NCBI GenBank assembly: GCA_963706595.1
Contig: OY970166.1
Location: 3,072,001 to 3,136,000 of the forward strand
Length of the DNA stretch: 64,000 nucleotides
Direction of reading: 5' to 3'
Source: an uncultured cyanobacterium
Lineage (GTDB): Bacteria > Cyanobacteriota > Cyanobacteriia > Cyanobacteriales > Nostocaceae
Shown in pieces: positions 11,488 through 20,326 of the stretch. The position numbers and the translations under genes are program-made. Below the pieces are notes generated by a model. The model made no database searches, was not told the origin of the DNA, and was given only the letters and a program-made list of their open reading frames with translations. Position 1 is the stretch's first letter; every line of letters starts with the position of its first letter.

Positions 11488-12327
11488 ATGGTAAATATTG
11501 GTTATCATTCTGCTCGTATCCAAGGAAAAGTTAACCGCTATCTCTATAAATCAAAAATTGCTCGAACGGTTAAAGTTACCATTGACAAAACTCAAAAAGT
11601 TCCCCTGAGCGTCTATGCTTTATCTTGTGAGCGTGACTTAGCGGAACAAGTGGCAAGTATTCGTTCATTTATCACTAATGTTGGTATTCCTGAGAAATTT
11701 ACTGTAATTTCTGATGGTAGCTACACTGATTTGAGTTGTCAGTTATTACGCAGTATTCATCCCTGTGTTGAGGTTGTACCCATTGACAAATTTATCAAAC
11801 CAGATTTGCCCCAATGTGTATCTGATTATGCCCAAGTGCATCCAATGGGTAAGAAATTATCAGCATTAATGTCAATTCCTGTGGATGGTGCAACTATCTA
11901 TACAGACTCAGATATTTTATTCTTCCCTGGGGGAATTGACTTGGTTGAGTTAGCGCAGTTAGATAGTCAAGTCTGCCATTATTTACCTGATTGCTCAAAT
12001 TCACTGGATAGCAGAATCCTTTATGAGGATACAGAAAAAGTCAATCCGGTAAATGCGGGATTTATTTTATTTAAGCATGAATTAGATTGGAGCTTTGCAA
12101 TTAAACGTTTAGCAAATATACCTGGAACACCGAGCTATTTTACTGAACAAACAATTGTCCATTTGACAATTCACCATCATCATGGTGTTCCCCTATGCTC
12201 AGAAAAGTATGTGATGAATGTGATGGATCAATTTATCTATCCAGATAAATTTTCTAGTCAAGAAATTGCTTTACGGCATTATGTCAGTGATGTGAGACAT
12301 AAGTTTTGGATGAATGTTTACAACTAA
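11488..12327 (+). CDS. Putative GT-A fold glycosyltransferase-like protein
   Basis: IYTDSDILF (DxD), NAGFIL and EQT motifs reminiscent of GT8-like enzymes. Confidence 0.6.
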   Translation: MVNIGYHSARIQGKVNRYLYKSKIARTVKVTIDKTQKVPLSVYALSCERDLAEQVASIRSFITNVGIPEKFTVISDGSYTDLSCQLLRSIHPCVEVVPIDKFIKPDLPQCVSDYAQVHPMGKKLSALMSIPVDGATIYTDSDILFFPGGIDLVELAQLDSQVCHYLPDCSNSLDSRILYEDTEKVNPVNAGFILFKHELDWSFAIKRLANIPGTPSYFTEQTIVHLTIHHHHGVPLCSEKYVMNVMDQFIYPDKFSSQEIALRHYVSDVRHKFWMNVYN

Positions 12328-12376
12328 ATTTATCCCGAAACAATGAGGATTCTCGTGAGAAATAAGCCAAATCAAT

Positions 12377-13516
12377 ATGAGTTATACATTAGTTGATCAA
12401 AAAATGATTTATCACTGCTCCCAAGCTAATATCAAGGGCGGTGGTGGGATTGAAACTTATTTAGCGTCTTTGATAAATTCTCAAATTACTGGGGTGAGCG
12501 ATCGCACTCTTTCTTCTCTGAAAAATATAGATCAAAAACAGCCGCAATTGCTGCACGTCCACGATTTAGATATGCTAGACGAACTCCAAGAAGAATGTCC
12601 GGCTATCTTTACTCTGCATAATAACTCTAGCTACTGTCCTAGTGGCACAAAATATTTAACAAATCGGGACAAGGTGTGCGATCGCATTATGAACCCCTTG
12701 GGATGTACTTGGGGACATTTAGTAGACGGTTGTGGTAGTCGCCGCCCGCAAAATATTTGGCAGGACTGGAGGAATGCTAATCATCCTTTAGGAATCCTCA
12801 AAAAGCTGAAAATTCCGGTTATTGCTAACAGCGATTATGTCCGTCAGCAAATCGTCAGTAATGGTTTAGCACCTGAACGAGTGGTGACATTACGGTGTGG
12901 TGTACAACCGCCTCAAAGTGACAATGCACCTCTAAATCGGGAAATACACCAAAATCAGCGTATTTTGTTCGCTGGTCGCATTGTTCCTTATAAAGGTGTG
13001 GAATGGCTGATTAAAGCTTTGGCACTTTGCGATCAACCCATTCATCTTGACATTGCTGGTGATGGTTGGAGTCAGCCCAGTATGGAAAAGTTAGCACAGA
13101 AAATGGGGTTAGGCGATCGCATTACTTGGCATGGCTGGTGTAATAGCGAAAAACTCGAAACACTTTATCAACAGTGCTTTGCGGTGGTTTTTCCCAGTCT
13201 GTGGCCTGAACCTGCCGGTCTTATAACTCTTGAAGCCTATGCTCATTATCGACCAATCATCGCTAGTGCAGTGGGAGGTATTCCCGAACACGTGCGAGAT
13301 GGCGAAACAGGTATTTTGGTTCCACCTCACAACATTAAACAGTTAGCTGCTGCTATCAACGAACTAGGAAGCAACTTTTCCCAAAGTCAATTAATGGGTG
13401 AACAAGGTCAAGCTTGGTTCCAAGAAGAGTTCACAATTGATGTTCATATTCAACGGTTAAAAATAATTTACGAAAAAACTATTGCTGAGTTTCTTCCCGG
13501 AAATTCAGGTAATTAA
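12377..13516 (+). CDS. Glycosyltransferase family 4
   Basis: FAGRIVPYKG; PSLWPEPAGLITLEA; VGGIPE. Confidence 0.9.
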   Translation: MSYTLVDQKMIYHCSQANIKGGGGIETYLASLINSQITGVSDRTLSSLKNIDQKQPQLLHVHDLDMLDELQEECPAIFTLHNNSSYCPSGTKYLTNRDKVCDRIMNPLGCTWGHLVDGCGSRRPQNIWQDWRNANHPLGILKKLKIPVIANSDYVRQQIVSNGLAPERVVTLRCGVQPPQSDNAPLNREIHQNQRILFAGRIVPYKGVEWLIKALALCDQPIHLDIAGDGWSQPSMEKLAQKMGLGDRITWHGWCNSEKLETLYQQCFAVVFPSLWPEPAGLITLEAYAHYRPIIASAVGGIPEHVRDGETGILVPPHNIKQLAAAINELGSNFSQSQLMGEQGQAWFQEEFTIDVHIQRLKIIYEKTIAEFLPGNSGN

Positions 13517-13568
13517 CTGTAAATTTTAGCAAAATCACCTTACTTTTAAATAAATCTCAAAATTAACA

Positions 13569-14591
13569 ATGGAAAACCCAAAACCGAAGATTGTAGTCAT
13601 TACCCCTGTAAAGAATGAAGCTTGGATTTTAGATCGCTTTTTAGCTGTCACAAGTGAATTTGCTGATCATATAATTATTGCCGACCAAAATTCCATTGAT
13701 GGTAGCCAGGATATTTGTCATAAATATCCTAAAGTTATACTGATTGAAAACAAATCAGAAAAATTCAACGAATCAGATCGGCAGTTATTATTGATTCAAG
13801 CAGCCAGAGATTTAGTGCCAGAACATAAAATCATTTTGGCTTTGGATGCTGATGAAATTCTAGCAGCTAATGCCATCCATACTCAAAGCTGGCAAGCAAT
13901 GCTCAAAGCCAAGCCAGGAACGGTGTTATTTTTTGAAAAACCAGATTTATTTGTCACAACTAATCAATGTTTAAGAACTGGTATTTTGACACCCTTGGGT
14001 TATGTCGATGATGGCGCAGAACATCAGCCACAAAAAATTCATAGTGTGAGAATTCCCATGCCTGAATATGCTACCAGATTACATATTCATGACATCAAGG
14101 TGATGCACTATGCTGTAACTCGTTTGGATGCTCATGCCTCGAAATTACGTCTTTATAGTGTAATCGAAAATGTCTTAGAAGTTGGTCATCCTTTAGGCAG
14201 GCGATCGCGCTATCCTTCCAAACCTGATTATTTAAGTCTAGGCAAATTAGAAACTGCTGCCCAGGAGTGGTTTACAGGTTGGGAAGAACGGGGAATTGAT
14301 ATGCATACAATTATCAAAGAAAAGTATTATCACTACGATTTTGAAGTGCTGCGTTATTTTCATAAATACGGGATTCAACGCTTTTGGATGGAAGATATTT
14401 GGGCTTATGACTGGGAAGCGTGCCGTCAATATGCTCAATCAATAGGTATGAGTAATATCCCTGATTATCAAATACCCAGAACATCTAAAAGCATAGATTT
14501 AATGAGAATTGTGGATGTCACAATGTCAATGAGTACTCAATCTTATAAATATCTGGCTTCAGTTCTCAAACCCTCAATGAAATTGGGTTAA
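13569..14591 (+). CDS. Glycosyltransferase family 2
   Basis: ITPVKNE, DQNSIDGS, LDADE. Confidence 0.85.
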   Translation: MENPKPKIVVITPVKNEAWILDRFLAVTSEFADHIIIADQNSIDGSQDICHKYPKVILIENKSEKFNESDRQLLLIQAARDLVPEHKIILALDADEILAANAIHTQSWQAMLKAKPGTVLFFEKPDLFVTTNQCLRTGILTPLGYVDDGAEHQPQKIHSVRIPMPEYATRLHIHDIKVMHYAVTRLDAHASKLRLYSVIENVLEVGHPLGRRSRYPSKPDYLSLGKLETAAQEWFTGWEERGIDMHTIIKEKYYHYDFEVLRYFHKYGIQRFWMEDIWAYDWEACRQYAQSIGMSNIPDYQIPRTSKSIDLMRIVDVTMSMSTQSYKYLASVLKPSMKLG

Positions 14592-14633
14592 AAACTTAAT
14601 TGCATACTCCTACCCAAAGATAAAGATTTGAAT

Positions 14634-15641
14634 ATGAATAACATCAATTCTGGTCGATTAGAGAACGAGCCTCTTGTCAGTGTGATTATCCCAACTTATA
14701 ATCGGGCGGAGTATCTTCAGCAGGCGATCGCCAGTGCAATTAATCAGACTTATCAAAATATTGAAATCATTGTTTCAGATAACTGTAGTCCAGAAAATCC
14801 CCAAGAAATTATCGAAGCTTTTAAAGATACACGCATTCGCTTTTGGCGACAACCGCAAAATCTAGGGATGATTGCCAATCAGATGCACGCCTTCAAAATG
14901 GCCAAAGGTAAATATGTTGCTAGTCTCCACGATGATGATATGTGGAATCAAGACTTTTTAGCCAAACTTGTACCACCATTAGAAGCAAATTCTGATTTAA
15001 TTCTGGCTTTTTGTGATCAATATATTATCGATGCAAATAGCAGAATTCAAGATGATAAAACCCAAATAAATACCCATAGTTACAAGCGAGATCAACTTGC
15101 CCCAGGAGTCCATCAACCTTTCTATCAAATTGGGTTAATAGATAAAAGTATCGCCACTGCTGCCGCTTGCGTGATTCGCAATAACTTAATTGATTGGGAT
15201 AGTATTCCCGCAGAAATTGGTGGTATGTGGGACTTGTATTTAACTTACCTCTGCTGTATGTCCGGTTATGGTGCTTACTATAGCCCAGAAAAACTGACAT
15301 TATATCGAGAACATGAGCAGACCGACACTCAGCTTAGTGGTAGTAGAAATGTGCAGGCAAAAATCCGCAAAGCCCAAAGTGAAATGTTCTGTTACAAAAT
15401 CTTTATCGAAGATTCTCGGATACAAGAATTCCAAACCCATTTTCAAAATAAATGGTTAGAATCTCAGACAACTTTAGGCATTGGTTTACTGCGAAATCAA
15501 CAGATAGTATCAGCCCGTTCTTATCTTTGGCAAGCCCTGAAAAAGCAAAAATTCAATCTCCGAACCATCGTAGCCCTTACTCTCAGCTTTACCCCCAAAA
15601 TTTTAGCTGAACAATTACTTAGAATCCCAAAATCAAGCTAA
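14634..15641 (+). CDS. Glycosyltransferase family 2
   Basis: VSVIIPTYNR, SDNCS, LHDDD. Confidence 0.9.
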   Translation: MNNINSGRLENEPLVSVIIPTYNRAEYLQQAIASAINQTYQNIEIIVSDNCSPENPQEIIEAFKDTRIRFWRQPQNLGMIANQMHAFKMAKGKYVASLHDDDMWNQDFLAKLVPPLEANSDLILAFCDQYIIDANSRIQDDKTQINTHSYKRDQLAPGVHQPFYQIGLIDKSIATAAACVIRNNLIDWDSIPAEIGGMWDLYLTYLCCMSGYGAYYSPEKLTLYREHEQTDTQLSGSRNVQAKIRKAQSEMFCYKIFIEDSRIQEFQTHFQNKWLESQTTLGIGLLRNQQIVSARSYLWQALKKQKFNLRTIVALTLSFTPKILAEQLLRIPKSS

Positions 15642-15696
15642 ATTATTGATTTTAATCAAGTTGGCGGGAATAAATCTAACTATATGAAACAATGCC

Positions 15697-15905
15697 AGAG
15701 GTTATTTTAAAAGTGTGTGGCTGTGATTTTAGGGACTTAATAATCCCCCCTAGCCCTCCTTGAAAAGGGGAGAATTAGAATCAAAGTCCCTCTTCATAAG
15801 GGGAGCCAGTGCGGTCTTGGGGGTTTCCCCCATGAGCAACTGGCGTGGATTTAGGGGAATCTAGAATGTTTTGCTACCAACAATAAGACTTTTCAAATAT
15901 TCTCT
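15697..15905. mobile_element. Degenerate MITE with a nested small palindromic repeat
   Basis: Imperfect TIRs AGAGGTTATTTTAAAAGT / ACTTTTCAAATATTCTCT; internal hairpins and nested AGCCAGTGCGGTCTTGGGGGTTTCCCCCATGAGCAACTGGCGT. Confidence 0.6.
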
Positions 15906-15965
15906 TAATTAAGGACTAAAGTCCTGAATACAAAACTTAAACACCATTAACAATAGAGGGAATAA

Positions 15966-17201
15966 ATGGAAATTTGCATTGTTACCCACACCGTACAAAA
16001 AGGCGATGGTCAGGGTAGAGTTAACTACGAAGTTGCCCAAGAAGCAATTCGTCGCGGTCATCACCTGACATTATTAGCTAGTCATGTAGCTTCAGAACTA
16101 CAGCAAAACCCCCAAGTGAACTGGGTTCCTATTTCTATTAAAGGATGGCCGACCGAATTTATTCGCAACCTGATATTTTCCTTTAAAAGTACAACTTGGT
16201 TGCGGAAACATCACGCTGAACTTGACATAGTAAAAGTAAATGGGGCAATTACCCATGCTTCTGGAGATGTGAATGCAGTACATTTTGTGCATAATTCTTG
16301 GCTGAAATTCACCTCTAGGAAAACTCAAACAAAGTCTCGGAAATTTGGCTATGACTTTTACCAGTGGCTATACACAACTTTAAATGCACACTGGGAAAAA
16401 CAAGCTTTTCAAAAAGCGCAAGTAGTAGTAGCAGTTTCTGATAAAGTTGCCCAGGATTTAAGAGAAATAGGTGTACCCCCAGAGTCAATCAAAGTAGTTT
16501 TAAACGGCGTTGATTTACAGGAATTCTCCCCAGGAATCAGCGACCGCCAAGAATGGCAACTTCCTGAAGGCGTACCCTTAGCACTGTTTGCAGGTGATAT
16601 CAGACTGGCGCGCAAAAACTTAGATACAGTTTTACAAGCTTTAGTAGAAGTTCCTGAGTTACATCTCGCCGTAGCCGGAAATACTCAAGGAAGTCCCTAT
16701 CTTCAACTAGCAGAATCATTGGGATTGCGTGAACGGGTACATTTTTTGGGACAGAGGTCCGATGTTCCAGAACTGATGAAAGCGGTAGATTTCTTGGTTT
16801 TTCCCTCACGTTACGAACCGTTTGGCTTAGTGGTGATTGAAGCGATGGCTTCTGGTTTACCTGTAATTACAGCTAGTTCCACTGGTGCAGCCGATTTGGT
16901 AACGCCAGAATCAGGAATAGTTTTGTCAGACTCTGACGATGCTGAGGCTTTGACACAAGCAATGCGGTTATTAACAAGCGATTGCGCGGAGCGCTGTGCC
17001 GGAGGCGATCGCACCTTGTGCCAACAAATGGGAAAAGCCGCGCGTTCAGTCGCCGAACAACATAGCTGGACGAAGATGGCACAAACTTATCTGGATTTAT
17101 TTGAGGAGTTAATTAATCATGAGGAATACAGTTCTCATCCCCACCTATCGTCGTCCTCTGGATCTATCACGCTGCCTTTTGGCACTGCAAGCCCAAACTA
17201 A
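15966..17201 (+). CDS. Glycosyltransferase family 4
   Basis: KGDGQGRVNYE; FPSRYEPFGLVVIEAMASGLPVI. Confidence 0.9.
   Translation: MEICIVTHTVQKGDGQGRVNYEVAQEAIRRGHHLTLLASHVASELQQNPQVNWVPISIKGWPTEFIRNLIFSFKSTTWLRKHHAELDIVKVNGAITHASGDVNAVHFVHNSWLKFTSRKTQTKSRKFGYDFYQWLYTTLNAHWEKQAFQKAQVVVAVSDKVAQDLREIGVPPESIKVVLNGVDLQEFSPGISDRQEWQLPEGVPLALFAGDIRLARKNLDTVLQALVEVPELHLAVAGNTQGSPYLQLAESLGLRERVHFLGQRSDVPELMKAVDFLVFPSRYEPFGLVVIEAMASGLPVITASSTGAADLVTPESGIVLSDSDDAEALTQAMRLLTSDCAERCAGGDRTLCQQMGKAARSVAEQHSWTKMAQTYLDLFEELINHEEYSSHPHLSSSSGSITLPFGTASPN
16978..17012. repeat. 27-bp in-frame small dispersed repeat at a duplicated HIP1 site
   Basis: GCGATTGC-N19-GCGATCGC; adds 9 residues (TSD-CAERCAGGD-RT). Confidence 0.65.
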
Positions 17202-18048
17202 ACCCGTTGATCAAGTAATTTTGGTAGTTCGGGATACGGATACAGAAACTTGGGAATTTCTCGCTGAATTCAATTCCCAAAACTTACCACTGCAAACTGT
17301 GCAGGTAACACAAACGGGTGTAGTAGCAGCACTCAATGCCGGATTAGCAGCAGTAGAAGGAGACATTTTTTCTATTACTGATGATGATGCTGCACCTCAT
17401 CCTGATTGGTTAGAAAAAATCAATGCACACTTTATTGCTGATAGTTGTATTGGTGGTGTTGGTGGTCGTGATTGGGTACATTACGGCGACAAAATCGAGG
17501 ACGGTCAAGAGCCGATAGTTGGTAAGTTGCAGTGGTTCGGGCGGGTAATTGGTAATCATCATCTCGGAGTTGGAAAACCCCGTGAAGTTGATGTTCTCAA
17601 AGGTGTAAACATGAGTTTTCGGACTCAAGCAATCGGGCAGTTACAATTTGATCAAAGAATGCGGGGTACGGGAGCGCAGGTACATTTTGAAATGGCATTT
17701 ACTCTAAGTTTAAAACGGGCTGGTTGGAAGATGATTTATGATCCACAGGTGGCGGTAGACCACTATCCAGCCCAACGTTTTGATGAAGACCAACGCCATA
17801 ATTTTAATGAAATTGCTTTTATTAATTTAGTTCATAATGAAACTTTGGTTTTATTAGAACATTTGCCGCGATCGCGCCATATTGTATTTTGGCTTTGGGC
17901 AGTATTAGTCGGAACACGAGAAAATTTAGGTTTAATACAATGGCTAAGACTTTTACCAAGTCAAGGTAAACTTGCCGGACAAAAATTCCTAGTCTCCTGG
18001 CGTGGACGTGGGCAAGCACGGAAAGAATTCGTAATTCGTAATTCGTAG
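17119..18048 (+). CDS. Glycosyltransferase family 2
   Basis: LIPTYRR, ITDDDA, KGVNMSFR. Confidence 0.9.
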   Translation: MRNTVLIPTYRRPLDLSRCLLALQAQTKPVDQVILVVRDTDTETWEFLAEFNSQNLPLQTVQVTQTGVVAALNAGLAAVEGDIFSITDDDAAPHPDWLEKINAHFIADSCIGGVGGRDWVHYGDKIEDGQEPIVGKLQWFGRVIGNHHLGVGKPREVDVLKGVNMSFRTQAIGQLQFDQRMRGTGAQVHFEMAFTLSLKRAGWKMIYDPQVAVDHYPAQRFDEDQRHNFNEIAFINLVHNETLVLLEHLPRSRHIVFWLWAVLVGTRENLGLIQWLRLLPSQGKLAGQKFLVSWRGRGQARKEFVIRNS

Positions 18049-18071
18049 TTCGTAGTTCGTAATTCGTAATT
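18026..18071. repeat. STRR heptamer array (TTCGTA[A/G])n
   Basis: About 6 tandem units overlapping the GT2 stop codon. Confidence 0.85.
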
Positions 18072-18126
18072 AAGAAGGTTTTGTTTTCGGATCTCTCATT
18101 TAAAATATAGAGTTGGTAGATTCATA

Positions 18127-19588
18127 GTGATTTCTAAACAAATACATTTCAATGCTTTTTCAGAATCACAGTTTTTTCCCCAAGAGCGATCGCTACAGGG
18201 TTGGCTAGCTATTGTCGGCTTTTTATTACTGAACGTAGTTTGCTATTTTGCCGGTGCTGCTAGTTTATTGCGCTTAGTTTACCCGGTGACAGCTTTAGCG
18301 GTAGCGATATTTTTATACTTACGCCATCCCATTCTTTATATCGGCTTTACTTGGTGGATATGGTTCCTGACACCCTTAGCCACTCGCTTAGTTGACTATC
18401 GCATTGGCTGGGACCCCAGCCGTCAGATGCTTGTAGCACCCTATTTAGTAGTATTTGTGACAATAGGGACTTTTTTACGCCATTCTCCTCGCGCTTCCAC
18501 CCAGGGAGGATTACCGTTTATTTTGGCGTTTATTGGCGTGTTTTATGGTTTTTTAGTGGGTCTAGTTTACAATGCGCCGCTTCCTGTCGCCAGGGGTTTT
18601 TTGGATTGGCTGAGTCCCATTATCTTCGCTTTTCACTTATTTAGAAACTGGCGAGACTATCCCAGCTACCGCCAGAATCTGCAACGTATATTTCTCTGGG
18701 CTGTGTTGATTTTAGGCATTTATGGCATTTATCAATTCGTGGTAGCACCAGAGTGGGATAGATACTGGCTGATAGAATCCAAAATGTTTACGAGTTCGGG
18801 AGATCCTGAACCTTTTGGAATGCGGGTGTGGAGTACTTTACACTCGCCCGGACCTTTTGCCTATGTGATGCAAACAGGTTTATTACTATTATTTACAAGT
18901 TCGGGAACGTTAATTTTTCCCGCCTCAGCAGTTGGTTACGTGTCGTTTTTGTTGACACAAGTACGCACTAGTTGGTTGGGTTGGTTGCTAGGAGTAGTAA
19001 TGATTTTTGGCTCCGTGAAGGAGCATATTCAAATGCGGTTAATTGCCATCATTTTAATCATGTTAATGTGTGTTGTGCCATTGGCAACCATTGAGCCGAT
19101 TTCTGATGTTGTTACCGAGCGTTTGGAAAGTTTTACTAATTTAGAAAAAGATACTAGCTTTAAAGATAGATCGGGAAGCTATGACAGAAATTTAAGTTTA
19201 GCCCTTTCTAATGTTTTAGGTAATGGGTTAGGAAATATTTGGAAAGTCAATGAAAAAACTGGTCAATTAGAAGTTTTTGTGCTTGATAGCGGCATTTTAG
19301 ATATGTTTTTTACCCTGGGCTGGTTGGGTGCAATACCTTATCTTGGTGGGTTAATTTTAGTGATAGTCAGCGTACTTAAATATAGTGAAGCCCATTTTGA
19401 TAGTTTTGTCAGCGCCGCCCGCGCAATTGGTCTGAGGTACTTGTGTGCAGTTAGTTGGCAATAGTGCGATGCTGAGTATACCAGGTATGATTCTTTGGGG
19501 ATTTTTAGCTATGGCTATGGCCGCCCACAAGTACTATGAGCATCAAAGAATCAATACCTTTGTTGAAGAAGTAATGAACCACCGATAA
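18127..19588 (+). CDS. Wzy/O-antigen ligase-like polytopic membrane protein (apparent +1 frameshift near 19436)
   Basis: Many TM segments, RVWSTLHSPG, TQVRTSWLG, DSG; removing one G restores the TM tail ...PGMILWGFLAMAMAAHKYY... to TAA at 19588. Confidence 0.75.
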
Positions 19589-19840
19589 GGGACTAAAAAA
19601 TCAAATAATTATTTGTAGGGTGGGTTAGGAGGCTAGTCCGTAACCCACAATTATCCTGAAGTTTATGGTGGATTAAGCGATCGCTTTCCCCGACTACAAT
19701 TTTTGGGTAATTTATTTTTTGGTGTTCCCTAAACGCCGATAAATGCTTAGTGTTCAGCCACCAATTGGCCTTTAAATCCCGGAGATTTGAGTGATGAATT
19801 GCAAATTTATCTGATAAATGTGTCGGTGGAACGTTTCTCG

Positions 19841-19889
19841 AAGAACCCCACCCCCAACCCCCTCCCCGCAAGCGAGGAGGGGGCTATGA
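19841..19889 (+). repeat. Dispersed repeat AAGAACCCCACCCCCAACCCCCTCCCCGCAAGCGAGGAGGGGG
   Basis: Close copies at about 49995-50050 (reverse), 55185-55222 and 59428-59484. Confidence 0.85.
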
Positions 19890-19966
19890 TCGCGATCGCT
19901 ATTTGGAATTTGGAATTGAGTTTATTATTTGGTAGAATTGCTTCCAGCCGGGCGTAGGCGATCGCC

Positions 19967-20167
19967 TTATTTCTCTTCATCCTCTCGGCGGCTAATCTGT
20001 TGCAGTACGGGAATGCACTGGTTAATTAGCCAAATCAGCGTTTCTGTCACCGAGTCACCTTGTTGAATGCGGTCTGTAGCTTGGATACCAGCTAGTAGAA
20101 CTTTTAAACTTAGCAACACAGCTATTAATTTTTGATTGCGGCGGGAAGTAGATTTCTTAGCTGACAT
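19967..20167 (-). CDS. Small hypothetical protein (about 66 aa), divergent from the NACHT gene
   Basis: ATG preceded by an AGGTGA SD-like sequence; basic N-terminus, two hydrophobic stretches, acidic tail. Confidence 0.55.
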   Translation of the reverse strand: MSAKKSTSRRNQKLIAVLLSLKVLLAGIQATDRIQQGDSVTETLIWLINQCIPVLQQISRREDEEK

Positions 20168-20326
20168 TTGATTCACCTATGTGGTTGACTAGGTGAATTA
20201 TTTTTTTGGGTGTTTCCCCAGACACGTTACCCATGCAATGTCTATAATGCTTGTATCACTTAGGTTTGCAGCTTGGGGAAACTTATTTGTTTGGGTAATG
20301 CTAGTTTCTTAAGATTGTCTTTATAA

